A DNA stretch of 64,000 nt from Malacoraja senta (Eukaryota): positions 2,854,001-2,918,000 of the forward strand of contig CM075993.1 in the NCBI GenBank assembly GCA_038087875.1, read 5' to 3'. The position numbers were made by a program, and so were the translations under genes. Shown here one piece after another: positions 24,633 to 37,311 of this stretch; the stretch's first letter is position 1; every line of letters begins with the position of its first letter. The notes below the pieces were generated by a model. It made no database searches, was not told the origin of the DNA, and saw only the letters and a program-made list of their open reading frames with translations.

Positions 24633-24980
24633 AGAAACATTGAACACAGATGCAGGAGTAGGCCATTCAGCCCTTCAAGCCAGCACCGCCCTTCAATATG
24701 ATCATAGCTGATCATCCCCAATTAGTACCCCGTTCCTGCTTTCTCCCCCATATCCCTTGATTCCGTTAGCCCTAAGAGCTAAATCTAACTCTCTCTTGAA
24801 AACATCCAGTGAATTGACCACCACTGCCTTCTGTGGCAGAGAATTCCACAGATTCACAACTCTCTGGGTGAAAAAGTTTTCCCTCATCTCAGTCCTAAAT
24901 GGCCGACCCCTTATTCTTAAACTGTGTGTGACCCCTGGTTCTGGACTCCCCCCGACATCGGGAACATTTTTCCTGCATCT
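24633..24980 (-). mobile_element. CR1 3' end
   Basis: HSLRIRGRPFRTEMRENFFTQRVVNLWNSLPQKAV on the minus strand. Confidence 0.88.
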
Positions 24981-25079
24981 ACTGATGACAAACCAAATGT
25001 CACACAATCGGAGACAGAGACAGATACTGTAGCAGTCAAAATGTAGAAACAAGGAACTGCAGATGCTGGTTAACAATAG

Positions 25080-25980
25080 TGTAGAGATACAGCCCGGAAA
25101 CGGGCCCTTCAGCCCACCGAGTCCGCGCCGACCAGCGATCCCCACACACTAACACTATCCTACACACACTGGGGACAACTTACAATTATACCAAACCTAT
25201 CAACCTACAAACCTGCACGTCTTTGATATGATACGATTAAACTTTATTCCTCACCAGAGGGGAATTGGTCTGCCGACAGTCACAACGCAGAAGGTAGACG
25301 AAAACGTGAAATAAAAAGTGAAAACAAAAAGAAAAAAGACAAGCCACTGTTGGCTGGCTGCCGTGTGTGTGTGTGTGCATAGACTGACCCCCACACTGGC
25401 CCTCCTTTTGGTATCCCACTGTCGCTGACGGCAGCCCTCCCCCCCCCCCCCACCTCATGCCGGGCTCCCATTGTCTTCCCCTCCCCCCTCACGCTCATCG
25501 ACCGGTGATTACCAGTCGATCGCCGCAGCCGCCGCCGCCGTCGAGAGGAAACCCGAGCGCCCAGAGAAAACCCACGCAGGTCACGGGGAGAACGTACAAA
25601 CTCCGTAAGGAGAGCATGCGCAGTCAGGTTCCAACCCGGGTCGTAACTCTGCCGCTGCGCCACCATGCCGCTCTAAGTGAAAAGTACAAAGTGCTGGAGT
25701 AACTGGAGGGGAGTGTACGGTGGAGTTGCTGCCGTGCAGCGCCAGAGGCCCGGGTTCGATCCCGACTGCGGGCGCTGTCTGTACGGTTGGACATTCTCCC
25801 GTGGGGTTTCTCCGGGTGCTCCGGCTTCCTCCCCCGCTCCAAAGGTCGTACGTTGGTAGGCAGAACAGGCTTTGATAGAATTGTAGAAATCGTCCCTGGC
25901 GTGTAGGACAGCGCTCGTGTACGGGGTTGGCGCGACTCGATGGGCCCAATGGCCTGTTTTCATGCTGTATCTCCAAAGTC
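25080..25980. mobile_element. Two HE1-like SINEs: 25080-25670 (minus, interrupted) and 25720-25980 (plus)
   Basis: SINE consensus segments. Confidence 0.75.
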
Positions 25981-26419
25981 TAGAGGGATTTATTTAATTA
26001 ATGATATTTAAATTCTCTAGCTACAACGCTCCAGAGTGCAATTTGAGACGAGGTCTTTGGCTGAATGGTCTTAAACCCTGGCCTCCTGCCCGGGAAGCGA
26101 ACCTGAGCACCTTCGGATATTTAACGAGTAATGGGGCCTTGTTCAAGTGGAGAACTTTGCGAAGAAGACGTAACCTCACCAGTGTCTGGGAACTTGGAGC
26201 ATGTCCAGCACTTGCTGCAGTTGCATCTTTTATCCCAGTAGCCAGCCCGAGTGCAAACAAATTCTGGTTGAATTAAGCAGTAATGGCCACTTGTGAACGT
26301 GGTTGATCGCTGCCAAGTTGAGGATAGGCCAATCAAGAGCATAGCCAGGTTGAGACACTCCTCACGAGTCTGGCGTCTGCAATTACTCCTTCAGATCAGC
26401 ATTGTTTTTTTTTTAATGT

Positions 26420-26705
26420 TTAGTGTAGAGATACAGCGGGGAAACAGGCCCTTCGGCCCACCGAGTTCGCGCCCACCAGCGATCCCCGCACATTAACACG
26501 GCCATACACAAACACTAGGGACAATTTTACACATTTACACCAAGCCAATTAACCTACAAACTTGTACGTCTTTGGAGTGTGGGGGGAAACCGAAGATCTC
26601 GGAGAAAACCCACGCGGTCACGGGGAGAACGTACAAACTCCGTACAGACAGCACCCGTAGTCGGGATCGAACCCGGGTCTCTACCGCTGCGCCACCGTGC
26701 CGCCC
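26420..26705 (-). mobile_element. HE1-like SINE
   Basis: Reverse complement of consensus. Confidence 0.85.
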
Positions 26706-27899
26706 TTGTCTTAAGAGGTTCATGCCTCCAAGAATGTAGGGGCCCTTGCAAAGTGTCCCTCAACGTCCTACACACATACACACCAGGGACAATTTTAGAT
26801 TTGCACAATAGACAATAGGTGCAGGAGTAGGCCATTCGGCCCTTCGAGCCAGCACCGCCATTCACTGTGATCATCAATCCACCACAGATTTAACGCTGCT
26901 CGCTTCTCACCAAACGGCGTCTGGATTACACGCTCACACCACGTAAATCTTAGCACTGAACAAAGTGCACATTAGTCTGAATGGATGTCTTTTAATGAGC
27001 TAACATCCACAGGCAAAAGTATTAATTTTTTTACATTACACTAAACCTTTAAGTGTTAATGTCATTACATTAAAATTACACTAGCACGAACGCGCCTTTC
27101 AGACAAAACGTGTGAACGCATTTGGTCCGTCATTATTGGCTCGGTCATCAATAAATCATGGCCCCCAAACTTGATGGGAAATGTTAGAGATGCCAATATA
27201 GCTAATTGGCAAAGCAAGCGATTGTATGTCTTATTTCCCTCTCTGCACTGAGGTGTATTGTACATTTACACCTTGAGGGGTCTCAATTGATTTTGAGATG
27301 TTCACCATTAAACTGATAAAAATGTTCAATACCACCTGAGGTTACATTTCGATTCTGCTTTTCAATCTGAACAGATCCCAATTAGCTTAGTTTGTGGGGG
27401 AAAAAAAATAATCTTCAAAGCGATCGTTATTATCGCCATCTAGATAAATAAAAACCAGCAGAATGTCGAAACAAGGAACTGCAGATGAGGCAATAAGGTG
27501 CTGGCCAGGCAGCCTCTCCGGAGAACATGGATAGGTGACGTTTCAAGTCGGGACCTTTCGTCAGACTGATTGCGGATGGGGGAGGGGGAAAGGGAGAAAG
27601 CTGGAAGAGAGAGGAGAGGCAGGACAATGTGGGGCGGCCCGGTGGCACAGCGGGTAGAGCATCAGAGCATCACAGCATCAGAGACCCCAGTTCGATCCTG
27701 ACAATGGGTGCTGCATTCCAAACGATGTGCAGGTTTGTAGGCTAATGGGCTTCTGTCAAATTGCCCCCCTGGTGTACGAGTGATCGCTGGTTAGCCCGGA
27801 CTCTGGGTTGAAAGGCCTGTTCCATGTTGTATCTCAAAACTAGTTTAGTTTCGAGATACAACATGGAACAGGCCTTAAGGCCTTGCACATTGTACAAAG

Positions 27900-28509
27900 T
27901 GTTTAAGAAGGATGTGCAGATGCTGGAAAATCGAAGGTAGACAAAAGTGCTGGAGAAACTCAGCGGGTGCGGCAGCATCTATGGAGCGAAGGAAATAGGC
28001 AACGTTTCGGGACGAAACGTTGCCTATTTCCTTCGCTCCATAGAAGAAGGGTTTTGGCCCAAAACGTTGCCTATTTCCTTCGCTCCATAGAAGAAGGGTT
28101 TCGGCCCAAAACGTTGCCTATTTCCTTCGCCCCATAGAAGAAGGGTTTCGGCCCAAAACGTTGCCTATTTCCTTCGCTCCATAGAAGAAGGGTTTCGGCC
28201 CAAAACGTTGCCTATTTCCTTCGCTCCATAGAAGAAGGGTTTCGGCCCAAAACGTTGCCTATTTCCTTCGCTCCATAGAAGAAGGGTTTCGGCCCAAAAC
28301 GTTGCCTATTTCTTTCGCTCCATAGAAGAAGGGTTTCGGCCCAAAACGTTGCCTATTTCCTTCGCTCCATAGAAGAAGGGTTTCGGCCCAAAACGTTGCC
28401 TATTTCCTTCGCTCCATAGAAGAAGGGTTTCGGCCCAAAACGTTGCCTATTTCCTTCGCTCCATAGATGCTGCTGCACCCGCTGAGTTTCTCCAGCACTT
28501 TTGTCTACC
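27900..28509. mobile_element. Palindromic PLE element containing a 47-bp x9 tandem array (28043-28465)
   Basis: Unit GAAGAAGGGTTTCGGCCCAAAACGTTGCCTATTTCCTTCGCTCCATA at 28043+47n. Confidence 0.92.
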
Positions 28510-28777
28510 GCACATTGGACAAACCTTGATACAGACGAGGGGTTTTGAGAGGTCAGGATCGAACCTGGGTCTGTGGCGCTGTAAAGCAGCAACTCTACCG
28601 CTGCACCATCATAACACCCAATCTGTTCGTTCAGCTTAGCTTATTATTATCACATGTACCGAGACATGTACCGTGAAAAGTGTTTTTTCTTGTTGCGTGC
28701 TATCCAGTCAGCGGAAAGAGTACACACGATTACCATCAAGCCGTCCACAGTGTACATATACAGGATAAAGGGGATAA

Positions 28778-29122
28778 GGGGAAAATATTTCCCAATGTTG
28801 GGTGCGTCCAGAACCAGGGGCCACAATCTTAGAATAAAGGGGAGGCCATTTAAGACTGAGGTGAGAAAAACCGTTTTCACCCAGAGAGTTGTGAATTTGT
28901 GGAATTCCCTGCCACAGAGGGCAGTGGAGGCCAAGTCACTGGATGGATTTATGAAAGAGTTAGATAGAGCTCTAGGGGCTAGTGGAATCAAGGGATATGG
29001 GGAGAAGGCAGGCACGGGTTATTGATTGGGGACGATCAGCCATGATCACAATGAATGGCGGTGCTGGCTCGAAGGGCCGAATGGCCTCCTCCTGCACCTA
29101 TTTTCTATGTTTCTATGTTTCT
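28778..29122 (+). mobile_element. CR1 3' end
   Basis: FPMLGASRTRGHNLRIKGRPFKTEVRK..; (TTCTATGT)n tail. Confidence 0.88.
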
Positions 29123-29418
29123 AACGTTTAGTGCAAGATAAAGTCCAGCAAAATCAGATCAAAGATGATCCGAGTCTCTCAATGTTCTCCAGAGATGCTG
29201 CCTGACCCGCTGTGGGTTACTCCAGCACTGTGTCCACTTGAGACCAGGAGTAGAATTGCTTCCGCAACATCTCCCTGTCTGCTGCTATACTGGATGCTGG
29301 CACGAAACGACTCCAACATGTCCAACTAGTACAGTTAAACGCTGACACAAGCGAGCAGGAAAGAGCTGGTGGAACCGACCCATATGTAACACATAGCAGA
29401 AGAGTCTGAAAGGGCTTT

Positions 29419-29848
29419 CTTTAGTTTAGTTTAGTTAAGTGATACAGCGCGGAAACAGGCCCTTCGGCCCACCGAGTCCGCGCCGACCAGCGATCCCCGC
29501 ACATCAACGCAATCCCACACCCACTAGGGACAATTTACTTAGTCTGAAGAAGGGTTTCGGCCCGAAACGTTGCCTATTTCCTTCGCTCCATAGATGCTGC
29601 TGCACCCGCTGAGTTTCTCCAGCATTTTTGTGCACCTAGGGACAATTTACACATACACCAAGCCAATTAACCTACAAACCTGTACGTCTTTGGAGTGCGG
29701 GAGGAAACCGAAGATCTCGGAGAAAAACGCGCAGGTCACGGGGAGAACGTACAAACTCCGTACAGACAGCACCCGTAGTCGGGATCGAACCCGGGTCTCC
29801 GGCGCTGCATTCACTGTCAGCGACTCTACCGCTGCGCCACTGTGGCCG
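29419..29848 (-). mobile_element. HE1-like SINE with a 97-bp PLE hammerhead insert (29539-29635, plus)
   Basis: 15-bp TSD CTAGGGACAATTTAC at 29524-29538 and 29636-29650. Confidence 0.88.
29541..29575 (+). ncRNA. Predicted minimal type I hammerhead ribozyme (representative copy)
   Basis: CUGAAGA-A-GGGU(UUCG)GCCC-GAAAC-GUU; stem I only ~2 bp; stem III would need dimerisation. Confidence 0.6.
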
Positions 29849-30233
29849 CTTGCCGTGGAATTAATTATTCTCAAATTCAGACGCCGTCAGAAAGCGGGCA
29901 AAGTGCCAGCCATTTAGTGTCTAATGAGGTCCAGCATGCGGCAATAAGAGGAATGAGCAACTAATCAATTTTACTGGGCGAGAAGTAGAAGCCTAGAAAC
30001 ATAGAAAATAGGTGCAGGAGTAGGCCATTCGGCTGATCATCCAGAATCAGTACCCCGTTCCTGCTTTCTCCCCATATCCCTTGATTCCGTTACCCCCAAG
30101 AGCTAAATCTAACTCTCTCTTGAGAACGTCCAGTGAATTGGCCTCCACTGCCTTCTGCGGTAGCGAATTCTCTGAAATCTTCGGTTTCCTCCCACACTAT
30201 AAAGACATACAGGTATGTAGGTAAATTCGCTTG

Positions 30234-30412
30234 GTGTGTGTGTGCGTGTGCGTGTGTGTGTGTTAGTGTGTGTGTGTGCGTGTGCGTGTGCGTGTGCGTG
30301 TGCGTGTGCGTGTGTGTGAGAGTGTGTGTGTGAGAGTGTGTGTGTGTGAGAGTGTGTGTGTGTGAGAGTGTGTGTGTGTGAGAGTGTGTGTGTGTGAGAG
30401 TGTGTGTGTGTG

Positions 30413-30451
<39 letters not shown>

Positions 30452-30772
30452 ATGTGTGTGTGTGCATGTGCGTGTGTGCATGTGCGTGTGTGTGTGCGTG
30501 TGTGTGTGCGTGTGTGTGTGCGTGTGTGTGTGCGTGTGTGAGAGTGCGTGTGTGAGAGTGCGTGTGTGAGAGTGCGTGTGTGAGAGTGCGTGTGTGAGAG
30601 TGCGTGTGTGAGAGTGCGTGTGTGAGAGTGCGTGTGTGAGAGTGCGTGTGTGAGAGTGCGTGTTAGTGTGTGTTAGTGTGTGTTAGTGTGTGTTAGTGTG
30701 TGTTAGTGTGTGTTAGTGTGTGTTAGTGTGTGTTAGTGTGTGTTAGTGTGTGTTAGTGTGTGTTAGTGTGTG

Positions 30773-30844
<72 letters not shown>

Positions 30845-30980
30845 TGTGAGAGAGTGTGTGTGTGAGAGTGTGTGTGTGTGTAAGTGTGTGTGTGTGTGTT
30901 AGTGTGTGTTAGTGTGTGTTAGTGTGTGTTAGTGTGTGTTAGTGTGTGTGTTAGTGTGTGTGTGTTAGTGTGTGTGTGTG

Positions 30981-31065
<85 letters not shown>

Positions 31066-31095
31066 GTGTGTGTGTGTGTGTGTGTGTGTTAGTGT
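30234..31095. repeat. Compound (TG)n microsatellite with 12-mer (GAGAGTGCGTGT) and 10-mer (TGTTAGTGTG) blocks, inside a SINE
   Basis: Directly visible; SINE halves at ~30175-30234 and 31090-31182. Confidence 0.97.
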
Positions 31096-31907
31096 TAATA
31101 TGCCGGAATCGCTAGCCAGCACGGGCCCGGTGGGCCGAAGGGCCTGTTTCTGTGCTGTATGGCTAAACTAAATTAAATTAAATTCCACAGCTGCACAACT
31201 CTCTGGGTGAAAGAGGGCAGGGAGAAGCTGCAGGCAGCTGCTGGTTTAAACCATTACGGTTTTGGTTCCCCCCCCACCTCTATAAACTGCCCCCAGTACC
31301 CAGGGAGTGGGATAACATTGAGCTAGCGCGAGGGCGATAAATGGGTGTGTGGGGAGTGAATGAGAAAGTTGGTTCATTTCGCACGGGTGATCGATGGTCA
31401 GCATAGACCCGTTGGGCCAAAGGGCCTGTTTCCGTGCAGCTTTTATGAATTTTTTTAATGAATTTGTGAACACTTTTGTGCGGCAATTTGGTGTATTTGC
31501 TGTATAAAAATGGTATCATTAAGAGGGAAATAGCTGTTAGTTTAGTATAAAGTCCGTCTATACAGTCGCTGAATGAAGCATACCAGAAATACACATTACA
31601 CTACCTTGGAATCATCCGCGACCAACATTTTAAAACTTGCATCTCTTAAATGCATGAATGGGGTTAATTTCAGTCTACAATACTGTTTGAACAAATACAC
31701 TTGAAGTTACTGGTCAATGAGGAGCCGCAGACTTAATAGCAAATTAATTTCTATAATGTTCTGAATGCTACTAAATTATATATTATGGTTATTAGTCTTG
31801 ACTACAGATAGGATCACAAACCAACATGGTCTAACACACTGTCAGGGACTGTTTTCTCAGACACAAACCGTCACCATTAGATTCTCGAGGAAGGGACTGC
31901 GAGAATA

Positions 31908-32203
31908 GGGCGGTCACGGTGGCGCAGCGGCAGAGTCGCTGCCTTACAGTACGGCGAATGCAGCGCCGGAGAGCCGGGTTACGGGTGCTGTCTGTACGGA
32001 GTTCGCACGTTCTCCCCGTGACCCGCGTGGGATTTCTCCGAGATCTTCGGTTTTCCTCCCACACTCCAAAGACGTGCAGCTTTGTAGGTAAATTGGCTTG
32101 GTGTAAATGTAAATATTGTCCCTGGTGGGTGTAGGATGGTGTTAGTGTGCGGGGATCGCTGGTCAGCGCGGAGGGCCTGTTTCCACGCTGTATCTCTAAA
32201 CTA
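31908..32203 (+). mobile_element. HE1-like SINE
   Basis: A box, core and tail. Confidence 0.85.
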
Positions 32204-32321
32204 ACGTAGAATGAACTGAACAATGAACGGACAAAATGGTCAGAGAAACGGAAGGTGGAGGAGGAGAGGAAAAAAAGGATGGGAACTGGAGAGAAAAGAA
32301 AGAGTGAATATTGGAGAGTAA

Positions 32322-32548
32322 AGGGCTGTCCCACTTGGCGATTTTTTCGGCGACTGCCGGCATCATTGACTGACGTATCAGGTCACCGAAAAAGTCGTGG
32401 CGTGATGACGCGCGGCATTTCCTCAAGTGTCGCAACATTTTTTTATCACCGCTGGATTTTGAAACGTTCAAAATCTTTCGGCGACCCCGATATGTCAGTC
32501 AATGATGCCGGCAGTCGCCGAAAAAAATCGCCAAGTGGGACAGGCCCT
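32322..32548. mobile_element. Harbinger-type MITE family B
   Basis: ~55-bp TIRs ..CTGTCCCACTTGGCGATTTTTTCGGCGACTGCCGGCATCATTGACTGAC; TAA TSD. Confidence 0.88.
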
Positions 32549-32960
32549 TAAATGAGAATGAGAAAGGGAAGAGGGAGAAGAGGAGAGGAGAAACAGGATA
32601 AGAGAGAGAAGTGGAGGTTGAGAGGGAATGAAAAAGAAAGTGCAATCGGGAACGAGGAAGTTAACAGAGAGGAACAGCAAGCCGCAAGGAAAGAAGTCTG
32701 AAGAAAGGTCTCGACCCGAAACGTCACCCATTCCTTCTCTCCAGAGCTCCTGCCTGTCCTGCTGAGTTACTCCAGCATTTTGTGTCTCGATGAGAAACAA
32801 AGAGTTGGTTTAACGGGCAGCTGTCACATTGCTTTCAAGATATCCCAATGCATTTTACGGTCCGTTAAGTCCATAGAACAGCAGAAGGCTGTTTAGGCCC
32901 ATCTACACCAGGCAACCGAACCATCCTAGCAACAACCAGGGAGCAGTCCTGAGCTACTAT

Positions 32961-33030
32961 TAGGGTTGCCAACTTTCTCACTCCCAAATAAGGGACAAAA
33001 GCTCTAAATACAGGACAGTTGGCAACCCTA
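32961..33030. mobile_element. 70-bp hAT-type mini-MITE
   Basis: Perfect 14-bp TIR TAGGGTTGCCAACT; perfect 8-bp TSD GCTACTAT. Confidence 0.9.
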
Positions 33031-33127
33031 GCTACTATCCACCTCATTGACCATCTTTGATCAGATTTTATCTTGCACTAAACGTTATTCCCTTGATCAT
33101 GTATCTGTACATGGTGGATGGCGTGAT

Positions 33128-33437
33128 TTAGTTTAGTTTATAGATACAGTGCGGAAACAGCCCCTTCGGCCCACCGAGTCCACACAGACCACCGACCCGC
33201 GCACATTAACACACACTAGGGCCAATTTTACACATTTACACCAAGCCAATTAACCTACAAACCTGTACGTCTTTGGAGTGCGGGAGGAAACCGAAGATCT
33301 CGGAGAAAACCCACGCGGGTCACGGGGGAGAACGTACAAACTCCGTGCAGACAAGCACCCGTAGTCGGGATCGAACCGGGGGTCTCCTGCTCTGCACGCG
33401 CTGTAAGGCAGCGACTCTACCGCTGCGCCACCGTGAC
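33128..33437 (-). mobile_element. HE1-like SINE
   Basis: Reverse complement of consensus. Confidence 0.85.
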
Positions 33438-34274
33438 CACCTCGGTGTTTCACTCAGGATTCCAGCATCTGCAAATCCCCACCCGTGAAGGATTAACTTT
33501 GACAGAGAAATGAGCGCGGGTCACAGCACAAAGAGCAGCGATGGAGCCTTGGCTTGCGAATCTGCTAACGGTTCCCTGAAGCCCAAGCAATATTTTCTCG
33601 CACGGCTCCATACTTCAAAGAGAGAATTACACTTAGCCTACCTAAACTAATGGGAGCAAGCTCTTGTGATTTAGCATCTGCCTTGGGAGGGCAGAGTTTA
33701 AATACCTTGAAGTGAATAACATAAGGTTTTTGTTTTATAGTTCCTGTCAAACCTGCCGGGCAGATTCGGAAATCTGACAATCCTTTCGGACTGACAATAA
33801 TTTGAAGCAACCTCAAAGGCAAATGTTTTTGTGTTTTAACTTTCATTTCTGGAGGGATTTTGTTTCAAGTTTCTCGGCAAATTCTCCTCTCCCAGTTATT
33901 GACAGATTTAGCCTCGGAGAATGGGACGACAGCAGGGAAACAGGCCCTTCGGCCCAACTCCTCCGCACCGATCAACACGCCACCATTTTAGCTAGGCCCA
34001 TTTGCCCGCCTTTGGCGAAGATTCAAAAGGGGTCACAGAGGAAGAAAGAAACTCCCGAAGCTAAACCATAAAAAAAAAAGCTGGAGTGACTCAGCGGGCA
34101 GGACAGGCAGCATCTCTGGCGGAAGGAATGGGTGACATCTTGGGTGGAGACCCTTCGTCAGACTTCCTTCCTTCTTGCTGTTCCTCCATTGTAACTTTCA
34201 ATGACCCTTGTACAACGACATAGAGATTCAAGGGAAGAGCAGCATCTCCCATCACCATTTTAGTTGCCCATGGA

Positions 34275-34735
34275 GTGATACAGCGTAGAAACAGGCCACT
34301 CGGCCCATCTTTCCCACACCAGCCAACATGTCCCAGCTACACTAGTCCCACCTGCCTGCGTTTGGTCCATATCCCTCTAAACCAGTTCTATCCATGTACA
34401 TGTCTAACTGTTTCTTTAATTTTGGCTACATTTTCATGCCTACTATTTTCTGTAGGCAAGAATGTCATTGTCCTATCTGGGACACATGACAATAAACTCT
34501 CTTGACTCTTGGGATAGTCCCGGCCTCAACTACCTCCTCTGGCAGCTTGTTCCATACACTCACCACCCTTTGTGTGGAAAAAGTTACCCCTCAGATTCCT
34601 ACTAAATCATTTCCCCTTCACCTTAAACCCATGTCTGGTCCTCGATTCTCCTACTCTGGGTAAGAGAGTCTGTGCCTCTACCCGATCTATTCCCCTCATG
34701 ATTTTAATACATACCTCAATCAAATCACCCGTCAT
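34275..34735 (-). mobile_element. CR1 3' end (second subfamily) with a short LINE-tail insert
   Basis: GDLIEV..IMRGIDRV..ESRTRH on the minus strand; tail resembles the SINE tail. Confidence 0.8.
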
Positions 34736-35137
34736 CTTCCTCTGGCAGCTTTTTCCATTCACCCACCACCCTTTCTGCTGAATATCTAAGCAATGGGGGA
34801 AATATTCTTGGTGGGGAAGGAGATATCGAAGGGTGGAAAATCTCACAAAAAGGCAAATGAGAATCTGCGGAATGATAATGACGGAACAAACGTTGCCAGA
34901 AACTAAACTTACCTGCCAGTGACTTAATCAACAGTTCTCATATTGAATTATTAAACTCGGCAAAATGTTCTCTAAATTGCAGAGTGCAATTAATTCATTA
35001 CCTATTTATATCAATGATCAATATTTTAATCTCCAGTTAAGGGCTGAGCGGTGGTAGTTTTTCATGTTAAAAACCTGTTAGAAAGATCTATAGCCTTCAG
35101 CCATAGTTACTACAATGAGTCCTCACCTAACACAAAG

Positions 35138-35630
35138 CAGTGGTAGAGTTGCTGCCTTACAGCGCCCGAGACCCGGGTTCGATCCCGACCACGGAGTTTG
35201 TACGTTCTCCCCATGACCTGCGTGGGTTTACTCCGAGATCTTCGGTTTCCTCCCGCACTCCAAAGACGTGCAGGTTTGCAGGTTAATTGGCTTGGTGTAA
35301 AATGTAAAAATTGTCCCTGGTGTGTGTGGGATAGTGTTAATGTGCTGGTCGGCGTGGACTCGGTGGGCCGAAGGGCCTGTTTCCTCGCTGCATCTCAAAA
35401 CTAAACTAAGTTTTGGACATAGACCCAAAATGCTGGAGTAACTCAGCGGGACAGGCAGTATCTCTGGAGAGAAGGAATGGGTGACGTTTCGGGTCGAGAC
35501 CCTTCTTCAGACTGATCTCGCCCCAAAACATCACCCATTCCTCCTCTCCAGAGATGCTGCCTGTCCCGCTGAGTTACTCCAGCATTTTGCGTCTACCATC
35601 GATCTACACGAGCATTTGCAGTTCTTTCCT
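35138..35630. mobile_element. HE1-like SINE (35138-35409, plus) followed by a palindromic PLE element
   Basis: Consensus match; intact hammerhead core on the minus strand at 35481-35513. Confidence 0.8.
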
Positions 35631-36078
35631 CCAGCTATAGGTTTTGGACATCATTGGCCGCGGAAGTATTGATCAATCATCCCTAATTGTCTCCGAATCT
35701 AATAGTCTGTTAAGAGTTTGGAGTCACATATTGTAAGCCCAGCAGACTTCCTTCCCCAATGCAGATAGGTTGTCAATTGAAACCTTATTCGTGGAATATA
35801 AAAACGTACAGGAAAGGTAGTTCATCAGATCGAGTTGTATCGTCTGGAGAACATGGATAGGTGACGTTCCAGGTCAAGACACGAGACCCAAGGGACCCAA
35901 CCCGAAACGTCACCTATCCATGTTCTTCAGAGATGCTGCTTGACCTCAGCTACTCCAGCACTTTGTGTATGAAGTTAAGGTTGGAGTGTGGGAGGAAAAC
36001 GAAGATCTCGGAGAAAACCCACGCGGGTCACGGGGGAGAACGTACAAACTCCGTGCAGACAGCACCCGTAGACTATTA

Positions 36079-36309
36079 AGGGCCTGTCCCACTTGGCCGT
36101 CATTTGCGCGTAATTTACGCGACATCATTTACGCGTCACGATGCACAGCGCGCTCGTTGTGACACGCACGTGATGCGCGCATGGTGTGTATTACGTGCGC
36201 GATGACATAGGCAGCGCCGCGCGGCCACGCGTGGCGCAGCAGGATTTTGTGATGTACAAAATCGTCGCGCGCCATCTCTGTGACACTCAAATGACGGCCA
36301 AGTGGGATA
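36079..36309. mobile_element. Harbinger-type MITE family C, right TIR clipped
   Basis: AGGGCCTGTCCCACTTGGCCGTCATTTG / CAAATGACGGCCAAGTGGGA; partial second copy at ~49730-49837. Confidence 0.8.
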
Positions 36310-37311
36310 GAAACATAGAAGCTACTCCTGCACCTATTTTCGATGTTGATCGTGATTTCCACATGCAGAACGACATACAGGAAGTGCGTATGGAATTTAG
36401 TACGAACAGTATATCAATAAATGATAACAGGCTAAATCTGTTGGAGAGAGGACATTGAAAACCTTCCCACCAGAAAGAAAAGTACCTCTTCAACAAAAAA
36501 AGACATCAAGAACTTCCATTCATGCATCTTTCAAGACTTTCTGAACAAATTACACTCAATTAAATATTTCTGACTATACCGTCTATATTCGGCTCGAAGG
36601 GCCAAATGGCCTACTCCTGCACATATTGTCTACTGTCTATATCTCTTGTTTCCCTTATCCCTAACCAGTCTGAAGAAGGGTCTCGACCTGAAACGCCACC
36701 TATTCCTTCTCTCCAGAGATGCTGCCTGCTCCTAACTTCTGTTTGCGAACATATTTTAGAGAATCGGTTTCCCTTCTTCAAATCCAAAGCCCAAGAAAAC
36801 GCTTTAGGCATCAGGACAAGGAGATGTCTAGTCGGCAATTCAACGTTGAGCTCCGACCGAAGGTGGAAAAGTATTTTCAAAATCCTATTCTTGACTCTGA
36901 AAGCTGCGGTTTCAATTACAAAATGATGTAATGGGCTAGGGGGTTTGTGAGCAGCGCTGATTCGCAAGGACATGCTCCTTGCTGCCAACTAATGCATAAC
37001 GCCTGGAATTTCACCCACCCACCACCAGCTACTTTACACACCGCCATGGCTCCAAGGGCCCAGCCACCAGGGGCAATGATGCACAGACTACGCACGCTGC
37101 TTCTCAAATGCCTGCTAGATGGAATGGTTTGGGAGCGGATCGATGAGATTTGGCTGGGCCAAGCGTGAGATCAGTACAATGGAAGAGAGGTCAGGTTTAA
37201 CTTTGCACAAATGATCGGTCATGATCCGATCAAATAATAATTAGCTCTGCTGGAGAAAGATGTTGGTTTTATACCAAGGATAGACTCACAAAGTGTTGGA
37301 GTAACTGGGGG

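Noticed and set aside
26001..26400. Overlapping ORFs in unique DNA as a host exon
   Set aside because: No recognisable protein similarity or convincing splice structure; cannot be fully excluded without RNA-seq
28043..28465. CRISPR-like regular repeats
   Set aside because: No unique spacers, no cas genes, eukaryotic context; units are contiguous PLE sequence
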